This document shows positions 53,301 through 62,555 of a DNA stretch of 64,000 nt, in pieces. A model generated the notes under the pieces. That model made no database searches, was not told the origin of the DNA, and was given only the letters and a program-made list of their open reading frames with translations. The position numbers and the translations under genes are program-made. The first letter of the stretch is position 1. The number at the start of each line of letters is the position of its first letter. This DNA is from Octopus vulgaris (taxonomy: Eukaryota), in assembly GCA_951406725.2 (NCBI GenBank), contig OX597823.1:80600001-80664000 (forward strand), read 5' to 3'.

Positions 53301-56300
53301 CCTGATGGAGGGTATTCTTTTGGTTGCACGTCGCTGAACAGCATCCAGACGATTGATATCCTGGGCAAGATAGGGGTTCCAGACCGGTGATGCAAATTCC
53401 AGGTGAGGTCTTACCATAGACATTATCCAATGTGTCTCCTCTTTGAAATATGAGGGAGATTTGGCTGCTATTTCTAGCAGCCGAACAACCGTGTAGAGGC
53501 TACCACTCGTATTTTTAGAACTGTTATTTCAATGGTGATGATAATGATGAAAGACCTGATATTTTTTATTACTTTCCCTATGACTACAAAGAGAATATAT
53601 TATAAACTCTTTCAAATATATTGTTTAATGGTCAGTTGTGATTATCAGTGTAGGCAGGCAATCCCTGAAAACTACTTTTGGTTGCTTTTATTATTTTAAG
53701 AAAGTATGTAGCCACCTGTTGATGTGTGAACTTAAATGATTTTCACATCTGGAGCGTATTTACGGAACTCACTGGCAACAGGATTTTCAAATAGATATTC
53801 CACATAAATTTATAATTCAATTTAAGATGTTATTAGCTTGGCTAGCTGACTCATGCTTCATTACTTATTAGTCCAGTTATATACTGTCTCCATTTAGGCC
53901 CACTCAATTCACCTGTTTCTTTTCCTTACATTACCTGTACTGTCACAACACTTTGTGGCTACATTAATAAATTTGTCCAATTTGCCTTTCATCCTTCCAG
54001 GGTTAACAAAATAAGTACCAGTTGAGAACTGGGGTCAATGTAATCCCGAACTTGCTGGCCTTGTGCCCAAATTTGAAACCAATATTTTTATGAGAATCAA
54101 AAGAAATAGGAATGTTATTTAAAATTCTGCAAGAAATATCTGAATCTCAACATATATATATATACTAGCAGTATCGCCCGGCGTTGCTCGGGTTTGTAAG
54201 GGAAATAATTATATAAGCATTTTTAGAGATGTAAAGTATAATAGCCATCTCAATATGGCTAACCACAAAGGGGGAGGGGTGTTACTGTAGCTTTTTACGT
54301 TCTGAGATTTAATAATAAATTTTAGAGAGTTACTTCCCTTATATATGTCAAAAATGGATTAAAAATGGGAAAAATTGATGGTAAATTTTTTTTAAAATCG
54401 TAGACTCATCGTAGACGCGCGCTAATACCCAGACGGTCTCGATATGAATCACGACTATAAGATACCCGGTTTTGGTTAAACTGCACCGCAAAATGTGGGA
54501 GTAGTTAGGAATCTAAATCGTAGGAGACAGACACACAACCTCACTTTTATATATAAAGATTTCCTCTATTTACATAATATTGAGGTCTCTTTCTTTCTTT
54601 TGTTATCTTACTGTTTTTACCAATATACATATATATATATATATATATATAAATATATATATAGTTACAGAGATGTACTTGCATAGCAAGTGACTTGATC
54701 TGAGATCGTGTGCTGGAACGAAAACAGTTGCAGCGTTGAAGGTGTTTATAAGCCATTTAAGAAACACACAAAAACCGTTAGATTCACTTCAACATTTAAA
54801 TTTAATTTGTCAAAATATTTTTATCGCTTTGAGACCGCGACCTGTTAGCACGATATTTTTGTCAGTGAACAGGTCGCGGTCTCAAAGCGACGAAAATATT
54901 TTGGCAAATTAAATTTAAATGTTGAAGTGAATGTAACGGTTTTTGTGTGTTTCTTAAATGGCTTACAAACACCTTCCACGCTGCAATATATATATACACA
55001 CATATATATATATATGTATGTATGTATGTATGTGTGTATATGTGTATGCATGTATGTGTGTGTGTGTGCGTGTCTGTGCTTGTGATTGTCCTCCACCACT
55101 GCTTGACAACGAATGTTGGTTTGTTTACATCCCTGTCACCTAGTGGTTTGACAAAGGAAACAGATAGAATAAGTACAATGCTTACAAAAATAAAAGTGGA
55201 GTTGATTCATTAAACTACAATTCTTCAAGGCATTGCCCCAGCATGGCTACAGACCAATGGCTGGAAAAAGCAGAAGAATAAAAGAATACATTCTCTGCTT
55301 TGGTCAAGGCATGAGAAAGCTTGAGTTTACATGAGAAGGCCTAACAGACCTGGTAGAAACAGCAGCCAAATCTCCCTCAAATCACACCTTACTGTCTTAT
55401 GTATGTATATATATATGAGCCAATGAGGGGGACCTCTACATGGTAGCTAGACCTGGTAGAAATAGCAGCCAAATTTCCCCCAAATCACACCTTACTGTCT
55501 TATCTATGTATATATGTATGTATGAGCCTATGAGGGAGACCCCTACATGGCAGCTAGACATGGTAGAAATAGCAGCCAAATCTCCCTCAAATCACACCTT
55601 ACTGTCTTATCTTTCTGCTACTTGGATATAGGTGTTATATTCGTCTGTAAAAAACTTTCCTATCACACACTCACGCACACGCACACACACACACACACAC
55701 ACGCACCCTCACACACACACACACACGCGCCCACCCACACACACCCACTCACACACACACACACGTTAGCTTACAATTTTATTTATATATTTGCGTGTGT
55801 ATGTGTGGAAAGAGGAAGTGGGAAGCAGAGTGAAAGAATCACTCACTACAGTAAGTCAATTACTTTCATTTTATTCGTTGCCCACTGTGTGTGTGCGTTT
55901 GCGTGTGGTGTAAACCAGACTAAGAAAAGCATTTGACACACACACCAGAATGTGAGTTTTCTGTAAATTTTGCTTAATTGGAGTTTAAATTTTAAAAACT
56001 GGACCTGGCATGACGCGATGCATTGTACTCTTAAAACTGCTAGGTAAATTGTAATTGAAGAAATCTTATATTGTAGATTTGTATAACTCCCAAAGGGAGG
56101 CAGATAAAATCTGCCTTTTATAATAAGAGATATATTAATAGTTGATAAGCTTAAAGCTTATTAGCGATCACTGTTTAATAACTAAAGAAAGTAGGGTTTC
56201 TGTACAGTTGTGGGCTCAAGTCTCTTGCATACAGAAACCCTACTTTTTTCTGTTGGGGGCTTATATGCCCCAATATTAGATTATTTTCTTTAGTCATTAC

Positions 56301-56382
56301 ATGATGATTGCTTATATGTAAGCTTTAAGCTTATAAAATGTTATTATCATTTACAGAATTGTAAAAATCACTGCTTCCCAAA

Positions 56383-56424
<42 letters not shown>

Positions 56425-59400
56425 TCATCATCATCATCATCATCATCATCTTTTAACATCCATTTTCCATGCATGCTTGGGTAGCACGGTTGACAGGAGC
56501 CAGCCAGGTAGAAAAACTACCCTGAGCTACTGTGTCTGTTTGGCAGGGATTTTAAGACTGGATGCCATTCCTAACACCAACCACATTACAGTGTGGACTA
56601 GATGCTTTTAATGTGGCACCAGCACTGGCAGGGAAACCAAGCAACACTCAAGACAAGGAATTATGAGAGGGGCAGGGCATTTGAGAAGGGAAAAATCATG
56701 TCAGAGGATGAAAGGTTAGAGTGTGGCAAAGAGACAGAGAGGCAAAAACAGGTGTCTTGCCACAATAGAAGGGGGCATTAGAGGAGATGATCCAGTATCA
56801 AATGATGAAAGGTTAGAGTGTAACCGAGAAATAGAGAGGCAGAAATAGGTGTCTTGCTATAGAGGAGGTACATGGTTACCCAGTGAGAGAGAAAGAGAGT
56901 ATTGTATGTGTTTTCTTTTTTCATAACTGTATACCTACTTTATATATATATTTACTGTATATATATATATTTATATATATATATATATTAAGCAATTAAG
57001 GGTTTAGCAACGAATTGCCTTACCAGCACACTGAATTTAGAAATAGCAGTCAAAGAGATTATAGCTATTTCTTCTACTAAAGGGAGATCTCAGTAAAAAC
57101 ACAGCATGTGTTTTTACTGAGATCTCCCTTTAGTAGAAGAAATAGCTATAATCTCTTTGACTGCTATTTCTAAATTCAGTGTGCGGTAAGGCAATTCATT
57201 GCTAAACCCTTAATTGCTTAATATTACTTAAATTTTCCTCGAATGAGGCTTTTACATGCCGAAGACTACTTGGTGTAATTGATAATTATTCCAAATTAAT
57301 TAATTTCACCCTTCATTGTTACTGATAACTATATATATATATATATATATATAGATGTATTTATATATACACACACACACACACACTCAGAGGCTTGTAT
57401 CAAAAGAGCTAAAATTACCACTCGTCTGGCACCTGTGTCGGTGGCACATAAAAAACACCATTTGAGCGTGACCGTCTGATAACACCATCCGAGCATGGTC
57501 GTCTGCCAGCCTCGTCTGGCACCTGTGGCGGTGGCACATAAAAAACACCATTCGAGCGTGACCGTCTGCCAGCCTCGTCTGGCACCTGTGTCGGTGACAC
57601 ATAAAATCACCCACTACACTCTCGGAGTGGTTGGCGTTAGGAAGGGCATCTAGCTGTAGAAACACTGCCAGATCTGACTGGCCTGGTGCAGCCTTCGGGC
57701 TTGCCAGACCCCAGTTGAACCGTCCAACCCATGCTAGCATGGAAAGCGGACGTTAAACGATGATGATGATGATGATGATGATAAGAAGAAAACTATAGCT
57801 ATGTAACATTTTAAGCAATGATATTTGTTTAGAATGCAAATTTTAAAAAATAAAATTGAAAAATTTTTTATGTAACCCTTTTGTTAACAAATTTCTCTTA
57901 ACATATGACATATGCTGCCTTTGTTTTAAATATTTTTTAAGTAATGAAAAACTTAGTAAAATAACTTTCTCATTTCTGGGGTCTGCAATAAATAAGCATA
58001 AAATTTTGCTGGAAGATTATAACTGGAATATTATTTTGCTGGAAGATTATAACTTAGATCATATTAAAACAATTTGTGTGAATCTTGACACATTTTTTCC
58101 CTCTCCATTTTGTTACTCTCACCACATGAAGAGCATAGGCTTGAAACTTCAAACTAATGCACCTGTTTGTTGTTCACCAGTCTTTATCTTTCGTTTTCTG
58201 TACATATGAACCATTGTATCATAGAAACAAAGTCTCCAGGGAGTTGGTATCCAAAAAAAGAGTTTACCACAAATGCCTGTTTAAGGATGAATCTAACATT
58301 TATTACCTGTCATTTTTTTTTTAGCTATTATTTTGAAGTCAAAAGAATATTCTGCCAAGAAGGTAACTGTGAAAAATTAACATACACACATATCCTCTCA
58401 CAAGGGAAAACAAATGAAAAGCATTATGGTATGTTAATCCTTTAAATTTAATGTTTATCTGTTTACCCAGTTTTGAATTGTGAAGGCGTATGGCTCAGTG
58501 GTTAGAGCATTGGACTCCCAATCATGAGGTAGTGAGCTCAATTCTTGGACCAGGCTGTGTGCTGTGTTCTTGAACAAGACACTTTATTTCACGTTACTCC
58601 AGTTCACTCAGCTGTAGGAATGAGTTAAGTTAAGTTAATTTTTTGGCTCAAAAAGCAAGGCCATGTAGGGGGACATGGAGTTATGTACAGGGAGGGTGTT
58701 CATGCAAAGAGTTCAGGCCATTTCTGGTCAAGAGAGACTTTGAACCGAGTGGTTGTCGGCATCTTCACTATCTCGTCCGGCAGCTTATTCCACGGACCGC
58801 AACCCGGACGGAGAAAGCCCCACTCCTTCGATTGAGATGAAATCGTCGCAGATAGAGCTTTTTGGAGTGACCCCACAGCCGACGCTCTGGAGCAGGAATG
58901 AAGAACAGCTCTTTCGAGAGGTTACATTTTCCACTTGTGATGTTGTGAGCAAGAATGAGATCACCACGGTATCGTCGTTTTTCTAGAGAATAAAGGTCGA
59001 GCGTCTTCAGCCTTTCTTCATAAGACAAATGCTTGAGACCAAGAACCATGCGGGTTGCAACATCACTGGTGCCAAGCTGTATCAGCCTTTGCCTTTCCTT
59101 TGGATAACATCAGTGGCATGATGAGGGGAAGCTGGTATGTATGGGCGACTGCTGATCTTCCATAAACAACCTTGCCTGGACTTGTGCCTTGGAGGGGAAC
59201 TTTCTAGGTGCAATACTATAGTCATTTGTGACCAGAGAAAAATATATAAGTACTTGTGTTGATTCATTTAACTAAGATTCTTCTAGCTGGTGCTCCAGTA
59301 TGGACACAGTCTAATCACTGGAACAAGTAAAAGATAAAAGATAGAATGTTTTTATTCATTTTTCTGAATTTCTTCTGAGATTTCAAGTTTGATATTTTAA

Positions 59401-61500
59401 ATTAATATTTGTAATTAGTTATTTAATGAAGAAATAAAAACTTTCACTCCTATAAACTGGCTTATATTTTCATCATATTTTGTAAGGAATTCAATTAGCC
59501 GAAGTCTCAACTATACCAAGAAGTGTGGTGGAAGAGGCAAAACAACTTCTACAGATTGTATCTGTTAATAAAAAGGTAATTAACAGATTTAGTTTTTATG
59601 ATTAAAAATCAACATTTTATCTTCAGTGAAATTGTTTACTGTAATGGTTGAATAGATTTGCTATTGGACTCACTCAAAGACATTTCAGTTATTTCATTTT
59701 GTTTCTTGGCAAGGCACTTTACATGTTATTACTAAGCAGATTTATGACTGAAGGCATTCCAGAGTCCTGTCATGACCATCCCTTTTTAAGTGTGTCTAGG
59801 AATACACCATCTAATGCAGTGTTTCCCAATCTATTTTCTCCCATGCTTAATGGCACTTTGTCAGTTTTTATTTTCTGAGTTCAAACACCACTGAGGTTGA
59901 TTTTGCTTTTTGTACTTTCAGGGTTGATAAAATAAGTACCAGTTGAGTACTAGGAATGGAATAATTGGCTATCCCTCTCCCACAGAATTTCAGGCCTTAT
60001 GCTTCAAGCAGAAATAATTATTTATAGCTTTATACACTTTGAATATGAAGCTATACCTACGACTTCCTTTTAAGGGGGTGTTCTAGAACTTGTTTTGGGA
60101 GACAGCCACAGTCATTATTCTTGAGCATTTTCCCACACAGCAATGATCTTTCACATTGTCTATACAATTATTTGAATGTATACAACTCAAAGAGATCCTT
60201 AACAATAATATTTTCTCATCATTTTACTCACACAAAAATGCAATACACACACATTTTATTATACATTATCTAAAGATTATGTTTATTTGTATAAAATAGC
60301 TTTTACTGGTAATGTAAGAAAGAATATTATAGGAATAGCACTTAAAATTACAGTTCATAAAATGTAATCTATATGGCTTTTTTCCATAGAATATAAAATA
60401 TAAAGGTAAAATATTTTTGTAGGTCACATTATACAACAAATCACTAAATAATATTAAAAAAAAGCAACTATTTTTATTAATCTTCAATATAAGTAACTGC
60501 TGTATACACACACACACACACACACGACACACGTGTGCATGCACACGTACACACAGACATACACACACACATGCATACAAACATGGTTATGGTGGTGGTG
60601 GTGATGCCCTCAACGCCTGATGACATCGGAGGCCTGTAATCGTGGCATACAATGTGTCTTGGTCATTTGAAACCTAGCAGAAGCCATCCCACTCCAGGTC
60701 TAAATTTCAACAATTTCTCCATTGAAAACATGAAAAGAAAATTGACTGGAATTTTGTGCCAAGCTATTTTTTTGGCTATAACTCTCTAAAAATGCTTTAT
60801 AGTTATTTCCCTTACAAACCTGAGCAACGCCGGGCGATACTGCTAGTAGACTATAAATTGTGTGTATGGTAGTGAAACATGGGTATGGAATGCTGAAGAT
60901 ATCAAGGAACACAACACATTTTATTTACCCCAGGATACACACACATACACATGTGCATATGGGTGTGCATGTGCAGGTGTGTGTATAGAATGTAGATAGG
61001 GTTGTTGTAATATAAGCTGTAACTTCATGAAGCACATCTGCATATTCCAGTTCTCCAAAGTATATCCATAGATGTTATGATTTATATGAGAGATGAAAAT
61101 ACTGGAGATTGCTGTTAAATACTGCTATAATATATATATATATATTTATATATATAATCATCATCATCATTTAATGTCTGTTTTCCATGCTAGTATAGGT
61201 TGGACTGTTCAACTGGGGTCTGGGAAGCCAGGAGGCCACACCAGGCTCCAGTCTGATCTGGCAGTGTTTGTACAGCTGGATGCCGTTCCTAATGCCAGCC
61301 ACTCCGTGAGTGTAGTGAGTGCTTTTTACGTGCCTCCGGCACAGGGGCCAGAGGAGGCTGGCAACAGCCACAATCAGTTGGTGCTTTTTACGTGCCACCA
61401 GCACGGGTATCACAACTACAATTTCCATTTGATTTTTATTTTGATGTTGATGTACTTGACTCAATAGGTCTCTTCAAGCACAAGTGCCCTGTGTGTGTGT

Positions 61501-61544
<44 letters not shown>

Positions 61545-62514
61545 CATACATAAGCGCACACCCACACGCAAATACATATATATAGTGGTGACGTGGTTGA
61601 GAACATTGCATCCCAAACATGTGGTTTTGAGTTTAGTCCCACTGCACAGCACTTTGTGTATGTGTGCTTTACTATAACCCTTTGCTATCAAAACCTTGTA
61701 AGTAGTTAGATTTGGTAGTTAGAAACTGAAAATAGACAGGATTTATGTATGCAGTTCTTTAAATCTTCTGTGAATTACTGCTTGAATTAGATGCAGTAAG
61801 GTTAAGTAAATATTCATGGAGCCTTGAAATCCTGTTCAGATAATTGATGGTTGAATATTTGTGGTTTGACTGTATTGAAAACAGAATTTTTCCCCATGTA
61901 TTTTTTAACTATTTCTTTTGCTTTATACTTTGCCTGTTGTAAAGTAAATCTCTTGGACACTATTGTCTCAAGGCTTAGGACTCATAGGGCTGGTTAACCA
62001 AGTTTCCACGACATACAACTGACCGGGATCACATCATTGTCTCTGAACAGGACACCAATCTGTCACATGGTTACTCATTTACAGTTGCCACAGTCTGGAG
62101 CCAGGTAAAATGAAGTGTTTTGTTCCAGAACAAAAATGCAATGCCTGGTCCAGGAATTTGAAACTATGGTCTTGTGATTGTAAATGCAACACCCTAACCA
62201 CTAAGCCACTAAGCCATGCACCTTCATCTTTGACTAGTAATTTTATCTTTAAAATAAGTCCTATTGTTATTTTCCTCTAGTCCTATTTATTCACCCAATT
62301 TATAGATTTAATCTTATAATCTATAACATATAATATATAAAATATGACCACAGGCATGGCTGTGTGGTAATAAGTTTGCTTTCCATCCACATGGTTCTGG
62401 ATTCGCTCCTGGGCTAGTGTCTTCTATTATAGTCCTTGGTCGACCAAAGGCTTGTGAGTGAATTTGGTAGACAGACACTGAAAGAAGTGTGCTGTATCAG
62501 TGTGTGTGTATATG

Positions 62515-62555
<41 letters not shown>

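Noticed and set aside
55335-57605. Regularly spaced repeats (55335-55612, 57420-57605) as a CRISPR-like array
   Set aside because: Eukaryotic intron; the intervening sequences are themselves repeated or microsatellite; no cas genes
60618-60680. CTGATGA ... GAAAC hammerhead-like words
   Set aside because: No convincing stem II closing pair or stem I between and around the motifs
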